This document shows, piece after piece, positions 27,902 to 37,338 of a DNA stretch of 64,000 bases. The DNA comes from Dehalococcoidia bacterium. Its GTDB lineage: Bacteria; Chloroflexota; Dehalococcoidia; DSTF01; JACRBR01. The notes under the pieces are model-generated. The model was not told the DNA's origin, made no database searches, and saw only the letters and a program-made list of their open reading frames with translations. The translations under genes and the position numbers were made by a program. Within the stretch, counting starts at the first letter, position 1; every line of letters begins with the position of its first letter. The stretch spans positions 21,241 to 85,240 of the forward strand of contig JBGQBE010000008.1 in the NCBI GenBank assembly GCA_041494685.1, read 5' to 3'.

Positions 27902-28941
27902 TGCGAGAAACTGCCCGTTTCGTGTACCTATCCGCCGACGAATGGGCGAAGCTGGCGCTTCTGGCAGAACTCGCCGACGATGCCCGCCGACGTCAAGAGA
28001 AGGCCGCGTTCGGCGACAGGCGCGAAGCGATCCGGTTTGCAGGGTTGTGCACCGAAATAGAGAGGGCGGCGTGGCGATGCGTCCAGACTGGCGCTCCTAT
28101 GGTGATAACGGCTCCGGACAGCGAGCCGGCCGCCGGCATGCCTTGGATCACGTCGCCCCAAGACCTGCGCCAGCGCGGCGGGTCATCGACCGCGCCGCTC
28201 AAAAGACTACTTGAACGAGGTGGCGGTGCAGTCGTCGAGGTGCGTGACGCCTTCGGCCGCGGCCCTGCCCTCGCGCCTTTAGCCTCGCAACCTGAATGGG
28301 AGCCGCCGCCCCCCGCGGAAGTTTGGCGTGGTCCATCGGGCGCAAGGGGCCGTGCGGCTGACGAAGCGCGGTGGCTGGCGCAGCTGCACGCGGCGGCGAC
28401 GGACGGCAGCGCGCCCATCGTTCCGAGTGGGATCGGAAACAGGGTGATCACAGAAGGCCTGCGGCAGTTCGCGGCGAGATCTCGGGACTGCCAAGACCGA
28501 CCGGCACGGGTTGTATACCGAGACGGTTCCGAGGCCGATCCGTTTCCCCTGTCAGCCGTGAACCTCGTCGAGCATGAAGGCATGTCCGGCGTGCGACGGC
28601 TTCGCCTCGCCCTGATCTCGATGCGCCATCCGGAGATGGATGCAGATGTGGATGGGTGTTGGTTCAGGAATCGCGACGTTAGCCAGTCACGCCCTTCCGC
28701 GGACACCGACCGCTTCGCGACGAAGAGCTCGCGCGAACAACTCACATGTCTCGCGGCGGAAGGCCCGATGGTGATCGAGATGTACCAAACAGGTCTGGAA
28801 CCAGCAGTGGTGGGGTTCTATCGCGCGCTCGCCACGCACCTGAAGAGATCTCCCGGGTCAGTTGTCGTAGTGCCACGTTACTTCGACCGCGATCGCCCCG
28901 ACGACTATTCTCGAGGGACCACGTGGGCGTCACCGAAGTGA
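27901..28941 (+). CDS. Operon gene 2: unknown protein (346 aa)
   Basis: ATG 27901 overlaps the stop of gene 1. High GC3. No motif recognised. The stop TGA at 28939-28941 overlaps a GTG at 28938 in the helicase frame. Confidence 0.6.
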   Translation: MRETARFVYLSADEWAKLALLAELADDARRRQEKAAFGDRREAIRFAGLCTEIERAAWRCVQTGAPMVITAPDSEPAAGMPWITSPQDLRQRGGSSTAPLKRLLERGGGAVVEVRDAFGRGPALAPLASQPEWEPPPPAEVWRGPSGARGRAADEARWLAQLHAAATDGSAPIVPSGIGNRVITEGLRQFAARSRDCQDRPARVVYRDGSEADPFPLSAVNLVEHEGMSGVRRLRLALISMRHPEMDADVDGCWFRNRDVSQSRPSADTDRFATKSSREQLTCLAAEGPMVIEMYQTGLEPAVVGFYRALATHLKRSPGSVVVVPRYFDRDRPDDYSRGTTWASPK

Positions 28942-31900
28942 ACGAACCCCCCGCCACACCGCCTAAGACTACGCGGTGGAAGGCCGTCTGCAAAGACTGC
29001 CTGCGCGAACAGGGCGATGTTCGCGCAGCCGATGATCGTCGATACGACTCTCGCGACCTCTCGCCGGCACACGGTACCGCGCGACGCCGCGAAACCGCTG
29101 CGGACCCGCCTGACGACGGCGGACGCCAAGCCGGTGCGTTCGAGTACCCGGATCGCTGGCTGAGAAACGTCAGTGAACGTGGCGGCACGCGATCTGATCG
29201 CTGCCCCGCCCATCGGAACAAACACCGCCTGGATGCGCTGCAACTGGCGGCCCCCTACGTGGACATCGACACAATTGACGTCGTCGCGGACCCCGCGGAC
29301 CCCCGCGGGCCGCTCGGCGGCCTCGGTCCACTGCCGCTGGACCATGAGCGACGCGAGGTCACGTCCGGCCTCGATCCAAGCAAGTTCGCGATGCGGGACG
29401 ACGACGTGCTGAAGCTCCTGAAGGAACTCAGCACAAAGCAAGTGGCGCTGGTCGTCGCGGGCACCGGCAGCGGCAAGTCCCGGTTTCTTCCATATCGGTT
29501 GCTCGTGCCGCCAGACGGCGCCGCGATGCGCCTTGCTGATCGCGGCCCGATCATCGTGACGCAGCCGAGACGAACGGCTGCGACCGAGAACGCGGCGTGG
29601 ATCGCCAAGAACCTTCACAAGAGCGATGTCGGTCCGGGATCAGACATCGGATACAAGATAAAGGGCGGGAACAAGTTCGATGTCAACTGCGGCTTGGCGT
29701 TCGTCACCGACGGGAGCCTGATCAACTGGTTGCGGGATGGCACCTTCACGCGGTTCGGGGCGATCATCGTCGACGAGGCGCACGAGCGAAACACGAACAT
29801 CGACGTTATCCTGGGCTTTCTTCGCGCGAACCTCTGGCGATACCCGGAACTGCGTCTGATCATCGTCAGCGCCACTATTGACGCCGAATTCTTTCTCCAG
29901 TATTTCGGCGAGGGGGATCGCGTGTTCCTCCTTAGCTGCGAGGGGCAGAAGCAGTGGGGCTACGGCACGCCTCTGTGGCCGGGCGCCGGCATCGACGAGG
30001 CGTTCTTGAGCGCTTGGCAGGGCGACTCGCCCTCGGGAGAGCCGCTGCAGGATCTGACCGCCAGGTACGCGAAGCTCCGCGTCATGACCGGCGCCACACC
30101 TGTGGAGCGCTGGCGAGAAGAGATGTCGGGGGCTGTCGCGGCGCAGGTCATCCGGCTCCTCGAAGAAACGGAGCGGGGAGATATCCTCGGATTCCTGCCG
30201 AATCGCCGCCTGATCGACGATGCCTGCGCGTCGATCCGCCGGTGGGCGATCCAGCACGGCGGTGCGCATCAAGTCGACGTGCTGCCGTTGCTGAGCAGTT
30301 CGCCGGCTGACATTCAACGTAGGGCCTGCGCGGAAGCGAATCCTCATGGCCCGCGCCGCGTAATCATAGCGACCAATGTCGCCGAAACATCGCTCACCAT
30401 CAGCGGGATCAGGTTCGTGGTCGACTCGGGCCTCATCTCCCAGTCGGACTGGGATGTGGAGACCGTGCGAGGACGGGTTCCGACCGAACCTCATTCGCAG
30501 GACGGCCTTCGCCAGCGGTGGGGTCGCGTGGGACGCAATGAGCCGGGATGGGTGTTCCCGCTCTACACCGAAGAGCAGTTCAGCGACGAGCGGATCTGCG
30601 TTCCGCACACTCCTCCGGAAGCGACGCGGGCGAACCTCGAGCAGTTTCTGATGACCGCCACGGCGGCGGGCATTGCCCGACCGGAAACGTATCAGTGGCC
30701 GGCGACATTCCTCAGGGAGGGCGCGGACAGCGCCAGCGCCGAGCGGGCGGTCGCGTTCAGGAGCGAGGTCGCCCGCGCGCGAACCGCGCTGGTGCAGCGG
30801 GGAGCCGTCGACGACAAGGGGGATCTGACTGCGCTCGGGCTTGAACTGGAACGGTTCTCCTGTGCGCCGGAGATCGCCGCAGCGTTGATCCTAGCCGACC
30901 GCCTCGCCTGCGCGATCGAGGCAGCGACCGCGCTCGCGGTGCTGCCCGAACGAAACGTCATAGGATCGCTTCTGCTCTTCGACAAGAACTGGACAGCGGA
31001 ACGCCGCAGCCGGGCGCGCACGCTGCACATCTCGATGGCGCAAGGCTGCACCGACGAGCTTGAACTCCTGCTCAAGGTCTACGGATTGTGGGAGACAGCG
31101 GAGGACCCGGCGGCCTGGGCGCGAGAGCGGATGATCAGCGATACGTTGCTGCGGGACGCGAAGGCGCAGCGAGGTGAACTGCTCCGCCAGTTGACGCCGG
31201 CGGTGAACTGGACGCGGCCGCGGCCGGTGCGGCCGGACCTCGCCCCGCGCGTACGCGCGGTGTTGGCTCGAGCGATGCCCGACGCGGCATTTCAGCGCGA
31301 CGGTCGCGAGTGGACAAGCATCGCACGCTCGGAGCCGATCGCGGCCCAGCGAGGAGGCACCGCCTGCCTGCCGGATCCCGACGTCGCTCTGGCCTTCGCG
31401 CGATGGAAAGACGACAGCGGTATCCGGATTGCCAATCTCGTCAGGGCGCCCCTCTGGGCGCTGCATGCGACGTACGAACCAATAACCTTCATCCAGCGGG
31501 TCAGCACAGAGTCGGATCATGAAGCGCACTCTTCCCTGTCGGAACATCGGGCTCTCCACGACTGGCGTATCGGCGAATGCTACAACGTCACGATAGCGGC
31601 CGACGCCGCCGGACAGCTTGTTGCCGTCGGCGGGTTGGTGCGTTCGGGCGGCGGCCTCGACAACGACCGCCGGAAGGGCGCACGGGCTGGGGCGCACATC
31701 GCGAGCGGGGTGGCTCTCGACATTGTAGAGGCCGATGCGGTTCGCGATGACCCGGCCGGTGCGGCTCACGCGCTTGCCGACGCCGGCAATGATTTCTTGG
31801 TCGAGCCCGACGTCGACGGCGCGACCGGCGTCAGCGAAGGCGAAGAAGAGTACCTTCAAGGACCGAGGATCGATGCGGAAGACGGCCCTGAACAAGTCGC

Positions 31901-33929
31901 TGTTGGAGACGGGCCCACTCGAAGCAGCGCCGTTGAGGCGCCGCACGCAGCGAAAGTGGTCGCGTTCGGCGGGGGAGATCTGCGCGGCGGCAGCGGGCCG
32001 ATCGTCGTGCTCGGATACGAAGGTATCGGCGAATCCGCGCGCCTCGTCGTCGCTCAGGTCGCCTCGCTCGGCGTACTGCCCGACGAGCGGCGGCGCGAGG
32101 TACGCGTCTTGGAATCGGTCCACGGTTGGGGCCCGCCGTTCTTACGCGTCCTCGATGAACGAGTTGGTGAAGAGTTCGCGGTGGACGGATCCGAACTCTC
32201 GCTCGACGCGAAGAGTGACGACGCTGTTGACCGTATCGAGCCAGGGAGCCGATTCGAAATTGAGCTGCTGGGAGGCGGCCGCGCCATACCCTGCCAGATC
32301 CTCGACCAAAGCGTCTCGCGGCTGCAGTCAGTGTTGGCTGGACAGAAGGGGCCGACCTTCGAGGCATCGGGCCGCATCGTCGACAGCTCTGGATGGATGA
32401 AGGTCGCGCTCGGCGGCGACGGGACCGCGGATAGCGTCGTGTTTAGCTGCCCTGGGAAGTTCGCGAAGGGATTGCTGCAATCAGTCGGGGCGCCCGTCAC
32501 CGTGAGGCTCCGGCTGCCAGACGGCGCTGCCGAGGTATCGGTGAAGCTGGATGAAGATGTGCCGTCGCACTCACCGCGTCAGTGGCAGGCAGCGGCTCGA
32601 TGGAACCCGCAGGACCGGACGCTCTGCGCAGCGCCCCTTATGCCCGCGTCCGCACGCGATGAGATGCTGGCACTCGATCCACGTGTTCGATGGCGAAGCG
32701 CCGTGTGGGATCTCTGGTGCGCGAGCAACGTGCTCGAGGTCGTTTCACTGGCGACCCCCTCGCCGGAGCAATTGTCCGCATTCCTGCCGCGCGAGATCGC
32801 ACGCCTCAACGAGGTATATGCGGGACGGCGGATCGACGGTGTCGTGAATAGCGTCGAGGAGGGGCGGATCTTCGTCACGGGGCCGGAGAACACGAGGATC
32901 TTGGTTCCACGGGAAAGAATTGGTCCCGATGGGGCGCTTTGGCCGGCGCAATACCTCAAGGTGGAGCAACCGGTCGTGGTGTTCGTGAACACCGTTCGCG
33001 ACGATGGCGGGAAGATAGCATTTGACGCGCGTATTGAAATAGCCCTGCCGTCGCGTTCGCAGCAGGCCAAACTGCTCATGCCGGTACGGCAGACGGTCAT
33101 AGGAACAGTGCTCAAGGTGTTGGAGCGCGGCGATGTGCGCGTGTCGCTGCCGTATTCGCTCCAAGGGCAAGTCAAGCGAGGGCTTCTGCGACCGGGCCAG
33201 TCGCTGAGTGAAGGTAGCCCGGTCGAACTGGTCGTTCAAGACGTCCGGCCGGGGACCTTTTGGCCGCAGATCGATTTGATACCTGCGCCGGTACCGGTGG
33301 CCGCTCGTGTTCCCGCGGCGCAGCCGGCGGCCCCAACGCGGCGCCGGGAGGCAGCGCCGACGCCCGAGCGCGTCGCTGCGACACGAAGGCCGGCAGCGAC
33401 ATCTGTGCGAGAAAGGATGGCCCCGTTAGTCCTCCTCTTCGCTCTGGCGCTCGGGGTGGCGTCGAGCCTCTTCATAGCGTTCCATTTTGTTCGAAGCTGG
33501 CAGGTTCAGGCATGGGAATGGGCAGGGCGGCATTCGTACGATGGCATCGTCCGCGCGATTGATACGAGTTCGTTCGGTCCGTTCGACTGGGCAGAATGGG
33601 CAATTGGCGGCGTCGCGGCAACGCTGTTCCTACTGCTAGTCTCTGCGGCCCTTCTGCGTCGACATTCACGGCCGCGCCGCACGTTGGGCGCGGCACTTAT
33701 GGGCTCCGGCGCGCTGTTGGGCGGAGCCTCAGTCTGTCTCTGGTTGTTCTTCCAGATCGACGACTGGCAAGGCCAGGTAATTCGCTGGGCCTGGCGGCAC
33801 GAGTACTGGGGCATCGCGGTGAGCGTGCGAACCGGAGCATACGCGGACATCAGCTGGGCGCATTGGGCAATCGGCGGAGCCGCCGTCGCGGCAACACTCA
33901 GCGTCGCCGCCCGCGCAGTGCGGCGCTGA
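28938..33929 (+). CDS. Operon gene 3: giant DEAH/RHA (HrpA-like) helicase with an N-terminal Cys/His motif, C-terminal S1-like OB domains and four TM helices
   Basis: Walker A VAGTGSGKS (about 29460). DEAH box IIVDEAHERN (29772-29783). Motif VIIATNVAETSLTI. QRWGRVGR. HA2-like APEIAAALILA...ELELLLKVYGLW. S1-like RIDGVVNSVEEGRIFV and VIGTVLKVLERGDVRV. TM tail from 33417. The start is GTG 28938 or 28923. Confidence 0.8.
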   Translation: MNEPPATPPKTTRWKAVCKDCLREQGDVRAADDRRYDSRDLSPAHGTARRRETAADPPDDGGRQAGAFEYPDRWLRNVSERGGTRSDRCPAHRNKHRLDALQLAAPYVDIDTIDVVADPADPRGPLGGLGPLPLDHERREVTSGLDPSKFAMRDDDVLKLLKELSTKQVALVVAGTGSGKSRFLPYRLLVPPDGAAMRLADRGPIIVTQPRRTAATENAAWIAKNLHKSDVGPGSDIGYKIKGGNKFDVNCGLAFVTDGSLINWLRDGTFTRFGAIIVDEAHERNTNIDVILGFLRANLWRYPELRLIIVSATIDAEFFLQYFGEGDRVFLLSCEGQKQWGYGTPLWPGAGIDEAFLSAWQGDSPSGEPLQDLTARYAKLRVMTGATPVERWREEMSGAVAAQVIRLLEETERGDILGFLPNRRLIDDACASIRRWAIQHGGAHQVDVLPLLSSSPADIQRRACAEANPHGPRRVIIATNVAETSLTISGIRFVVDSGLISQSDWDVETVRGRVPTEPHSQDGLRQRWGRVGRNEPGWVFPLYTEEQFSDERICVPHTPPEATRANLEQFLMTATAAGIARPETYQWPATFLREGADSASAERAVAFRSEVARARTALVQRGAVDDKGDLTALGLELERFSCAPEIAAALILADRLACAIEAATALAVLPERNVIGSLLLFDKNWTAERRSRARTLHISMAQGCTDELELLLKVYGLWETAEDPAAWARERMISDTLLRDAKAQRGELLRQLTPAVNWTRPRPVRPDLAPRVRAVLARAMPDAAFQRDGREWTSIARSEPIAAQRGGTACLPDPDVALAFARWKDDSGIRIANLVRAPLWALHATYEPITFIQRVSTESDHEAHSSLSEHRALHDWRIGECYNVTIAADAAGQLVAVGGLVRSGGGLDNDRRKGARAGAHIASGVALDIVEADAVRDDPAGAAHALADAGNDFLVEPDVDGATGVSEGEEEYLQGPRIDAEDGPEQVAVGDGPTRSSAVEAPHAAKVVAFGGGDLRGGSGPIVVLGYEGIGESARLVVAQVASLGVLPDERRREVRVLESVHGWGPPFLRVLDERVGEEFAVDGSELSLDAKSDDAVDRIEPGSRFEIELLGGGRAIPCQILDQSVSRLQSVLAGQKGPTFEASGRIVDSSGWMKVALGGDGTADSVVFSCPGKFAKGLLQSVGAPVTVRLRLPDGAAEVSVKLDEDVPSHSPRQWQAAARWNPQDRTLCAAPLMPASARDEMLALDPRVRWRSAVWDLWCASNVLEVVSLATPSPEQLSAFLPREIARLNEVYAGRRIDGVVNSVEEGRIFVTGPENTRILVPRERIGPDGALWPAQYLKVEQPVVVFVNTVRDDGGKIAFDARIEIALPSRSQQAKLLMPVRQTVIGTVLKVLERGDVRVSLPYSLQGQVKRGLLRPGQSLSEGSPVELVVQDVRPGTFWPQIDLIPAPVPVAARVPAAQPAAPTRRREAAPTPERVAATRRPAATSVRERMAPLVLLFALALGVASSLFIAFHFVRSWQVQAWEWAGRHSYDGIVRAIDTSSFGPFDWAEWAIGGVAATLFLLLVSAALLRRHSRPRRTLGAALMGSGALLGGASVCLWLFFQIDDWQGQVIRWAWRHEYWGIAVSVRTGAYADISWAHWAIGGAAVAATLSVAARAVRR

Positions 33930-34261
33930 GGCGACTCCGCCTCGCGCGCGAGGTCTGAGGTCGCGCGACTTCGTCGATCGCGATTCCGGCACACCCTTGC
34001 CGCCAATGTTGACGCTCCGGTGGCTGCTGCTGGGACCTGATTCAACAAGGGGCGTTCGTCATCGCGACTCACCACAATGACATGGTGCAAACCATCATTA
34101 CTAGGGCGGGCGTTGCAGGCGACGAGTCCGAGCGCCAGAGCATCTTCGCACAAGTCCACGCAAGCGGACTGGAAGCTCTCGTAATCGATTAACAGCACAG
34201 GAATCGAGGTTTGTGAGTTTGCAGATCGAGTCGCCATCGCAGTAGCTTCGTCTATACTAGG

Positions 34262-34840
34262 ATGTTCTCGATCGGCTACGGCGCCTGGAATGGCATCGCG
34301 AGTAGGCCAAGGCTCAAGTTCTCGAACTACGCTATCTGCTACGAAGGCATACAACGCGTGTATCGCAATGCTGTCGTCCGCGTGTTACGCGAGAACCTCC
34401 AGTCTACCTACCCGAACGATTGGGAAGAGCGGCTCAAGAAGCCGTTCCTGCATGCATGGGATGGCATAGTCGAGAGTGCCGAGGAACGTCGAAAGACGGG
34501 CGAATTGAGTCTGCCGGTTCGCGACCAGTTTGACTACCTGGGTGTCAACCACTTCTTCAATCTCTTCGACGTCTATTTCGATTGCTGTTTTCCCGCGGAG
34601 GTTCAGCTCCCGGACTCCGCACGTCAGCGGGAGAAGCAGGCGGTTCTTGGCTGGGCCAGAGAGATCAAGGCGCTGCGGGACCCTACGTCACATCGCGCGG
34701 AGGATGACCTCGCCGATCGCGATGCCTTCCGAATGCTCGACGCGGCGCATCGAATCCTGCGCAAGCTTGATAGCGAAGCGGCGGCCAATGAGCTGCACCC
34801 TGAAAAACTGACCATGCTTTGTGGGAATCGACTGGGGTAA
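34262..34840 (+). CDS. Swt1-like HEPN-domain protein, with its 3' end replaced by IS3 sequence
   Basis: IKALRDPTSHRAEDDLADRDAFRMLDAAHRIL carries an Rx4H HEPN motif in a Swt1-like context. The last 6 codons and the stop lie inside the IS3 left end. Confidence 0.6.
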   Translation: MFSIGYGAWNGIASRPRLKFSNYAICYEGIQRVYRNAVVRVLRENLQSTYPNDWEERLKKPFLHAWDGIVESAEERRKTGELSLPVRDQFDYLGVNHFFNLFDVYFDCCFPAEVQLPDSARQREKQAVLGWAREIKALRDPTSHRAEDDLADRDAFRMLDAAHRILRKLDSEAAANELHPEKLTMLCGNRLG

Positions 34841-34861
34841 GAAAATAGCCCAGGAGGAGCC

Positions 34862-35128
34862 ATGAAGAAGAGCAGGTTCACGGAAGAGCAGATCGTCGGG
34901 ATGCTGCGGGAGCACGAGCGCGGGACGGCCACGGACGAGCTGTGCCGCCGGCACGGCATCAGCCAGCAGACGCTGTACCGCTGGAAGGCGAAGTACGGCG
35001 GGCTCGGCGTCTCGGACGCACAGCGATTGAAGGCCCTGGAGAATGAGAACCGCCGGCTGAAGAAGCTGGTGGCGGAGCAGGCGTTGGACAACGCCGCGCT
35101 GAAGGATGTCCTGTCGCGAAACTGGTGA
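34862..35128 (+). CDS. IS3-family transposase OrfA (HTH)
   Basis: [21 protein letters not shown]...[15 protein letters not shown]...[20 protein letters not shown] precedes the ATG. Confidence 0.9.
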   Translation: MKKSRFTEEQIVGMLREHERGTATDELCRRHGISQQTLYRWKAKYGGLGVSDAQRLKALENENRRLKKLVAEQALDNAALKDVLSRNW

Positions 35129-35985
35129 CGCCCGCCGCGCGGAAGCCGGTCGTGCAGCACCTCCGTGCGGAGTGGCGCATGAGCGAGCGGCGCGCGTGCG
35201 GGCTGTTCGAGCTCAGCCGGATTGCGGTGCGCTACACGTCGCGGCGCGACGACAGCGTGATCCGCCTGCGCCTGCGGGAACTGGCGGCGCTGCGGAGACG
35301 CTGGGGCTACCGGCGGCTGCGGGTGCTGCTGCTCAGGGAGGGCCTGGTCGTGAACCACAAGCGGGTCTACCGGATCTACCGGGAGGAAGGGCTCTCCGTG
35401 CGCAAACGGAAGCGGAAGCGCGCGGTGAGCGCGGCACGGACACCGCTGCTGCGGCCGACACGGTCCAACGAGGTGTGGGGGCTGGACTTCGTCAGCGACG
35501 CCATCTGGTCGGGGCGGAAGCTGCGGATGCTCACGGTGGTGGATCTCTACACGCGGGAGGCGCTGGCGATCGAGGTTGACACGTCGCTCTCCGGCGGGCG
35601 CGTCGCCCGCGTCCTGGAGCAGGTGATCGCGGAGCGCGGCCAGGCGCCCGAGGCGATCGTGATGGACAACGGCCCGGAGCTGACGAGCAAGGCGCTGGAT
35701 CAGTGGGCCTACGGCCGCGGCGTGCGGCTGCACTTCATCCACCCGGGGAAGCCGATCCAGAACTGCTTCGTCGAGAGCTTCAACGGCACCCTGCGCGACG
35801 AGTGCCTGAACGACCACTGGTTTACGAGCCTGTACGACGCGCGCCAGATCGTGGAGACCTGGCGCGTCGACTACAACCGGGTGCGTCCCCATAGCTCGCT
35901 GGACGACCGCACGCCGGAGGAGTTTCGGGCGGCTGCGGCCGCCCGGCCTGGAGAGGGGACAAGGCCAGCGATTTTCTCACAATGA
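35125..35985 (+). CDS. IS3-family transposase OrfB (DDE/rve), probably expressed as an OrfAB frameshift fusion
   Basis: rve-domain pattern: WGLDFVSD...[11 protein letters not shown]...MDNGPELTS...[17 protein letters not shown]. Overlaps orfA in the -1 frame. Confidence 0.9.
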   Translation: MTPAARKPVVQHLRAEWRMSERRACGLFELSRIAVRYTSRRDDSVIRLRLRELAALRRRWGYRRLRVLLLREGLVVNHKRVYRIYREEGLSVRKRKRKRAVSAARTPLLRPTRSNEVWGLDFVSDAIWSGRKLRMLTVVDLYTREALAIEVDTSLSGGRVARVLEQVIAERGQAPEAIVMDNGPELTSKALDQWAYGRGVRLHFIHPGKPIQNCFVESFNGTLRDECLNDHWFTSLYDARQIVETWRVDYNRVRPHSSLDDRTPEEFRAAAAARPGEGTRPAIFSQ

Positions 35986-37150
35986 GTGGAAGAATTCGGG
36001 GGGCAGCTCAGTCAGACAGCGAGCCAAGGGTTCCTGGACCGTCGTCATCAACCTCGGTCCGGATCCTGTCACGGGCAAACGGCGTCAGCTGACGCGTACC
36101 GTTCGCGGCTCGCGCCGTGAGGCTGACGCGCATTGCGTCCAGCTGCTGCACGAGCGCGACTCAGGACTGCACCAGTCTCCCAATCGCATCACCGTCGCCG
36201 AGTACCTTCGCCATTGGCTGGCGGCATACGCCGAGCCGAACACCGCGCCGCGCACGTACGCCAGGTATGAAGAGATCGTCCGCGTGCACCTCATTCCCGC
36301 GCTGGGACGCTATGCCCTCTCGCGCTTGCACCCGACGCGGATACAGACGTACTACGCCGCGGCGCTCAAGTCCGGTCGAGCGGATGGGCGCGGGGGATTG
36401 AGCGCGCAGACGGTTGTTCACCATCACCGTGTTCTTCGAGCGGCTCTCGAGCAGGCCGTGAAGTGGCAGATTCTGGTGCGCAATCCCGCGGACGCCGTGA
36501 CGCCACCGCGACCAGTTCGACGAGAGATGCGCTTCCTCAACCCGAAGGACATCGCGATCCTCCTCGACGCATGTGAGGACGATGACCTCCGGACGCTGAT
36601 CTTTGTGGCGCTGTCGAGCGGGCTGCGTGAGGGAGAACTCCTGGCGCTGCGCTGGTCCGACCTCGACCTGAAGGCCGGCCGTCTGCAGGTGACACGCACG
36701 TTGCATTACCTCGGGAAGGGCGGGTTGCAGTTCGGCGAACCGAAGACGAGACGGAGCCGGCGCCGTGTCTCAATGTCGAAGGAGACTGCTCGTGTCCTGA
36801 CGTTGCATCGCACGCGCCAGCTCGAGCGCCGTCTGCTGCTTGGAAGCGCGTACGTCGACACCGACCTTGTGTTCGCGACCGAGACCGGTGAGCCGATTCG
36901 GCCGTACACCATCGCGCCGCGATTCGTACGGGTCGTGCGAGCCGCCGGGCTCGCGCACATGCGCTTCCACGACCTCAGGCACACGAGCGCATCGCTGCTG
37001 CTCGCGGCAGGCATCCACCCGAAGGTCGTCTCCGAACGCCTCGGCCATTCGACCGTGAACCTGACGCTGGACACGTACAGCCACGTGCTGCCGGGGCTGC
37101 AAGAGCAAGCTGCGCAGTCTATGGATGCCTACCTACCGAAGGCGAAGTGA
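35982..37150 (+). pseudogene. int: Tyrosine integrase of the island. The N-terminal 100 codons have no usable start, pointing to a frameshift in a G6 tract right after the ATG
   Basis: The frame of 36284-37150 (LRHTSASLLLAAGIHPKVVSERLGHSTVNLTLDTYSHV) stays open upstream to 35981 and encodes VRQRAKGSWTVVINLGPDPVTGKRRQ (arm-binding domain). It has no ATG, GTG or TTG. ATG 35982 would be in frame if the G6 tract at 35998-36003 were G7. Confidence 0.7.
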
Positions 37151-37214
37151 AGCCCACGGCGAACAACTCTGGCGCACCTGACCCGGAGCCGCGATCACGT
37201 CCGACTGGTATGCT

Positions 37215-37287
<73 letters not shown>

Positions 37288-37338
37288 TGGCGCCCGATGC
37301 CAAGATAGACCGTCTGCCGATACGCTCGTGCTGCGAGG

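Larger units (their letters stand above)
34820..35985 (+). mobile_element. IS3-family insertion sequence
   Basis: Imperfect terminal IRs: TGTGGGAATCGACTGG at 34820 and CCAGCGATTTTCTCACA ending at 35981. Has the orfA/orfB arrangement. No clear target-site duplication found. Confidence 0.8.

Noticed and set aside
28746-28937. Upstream extension of the helicase ORF (start at 28746)
   Set aside because: It would overlap gene 2 by about 190 nt and is Arg/Ser-rich. A GTG at 28938, overlapping the stop of gene 2, fits translational coupling.
33506-34354. 282-aa minus-strand ORF
   Set aside because: Its distal 420 nt overlap the helicase TM-tail coding region. The non-overlapping part (33930-34237, MATRSANSQTSIPVLLIDYESF...) has only a weak coding signal and no stop of its own. 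It may be a gene remnant.
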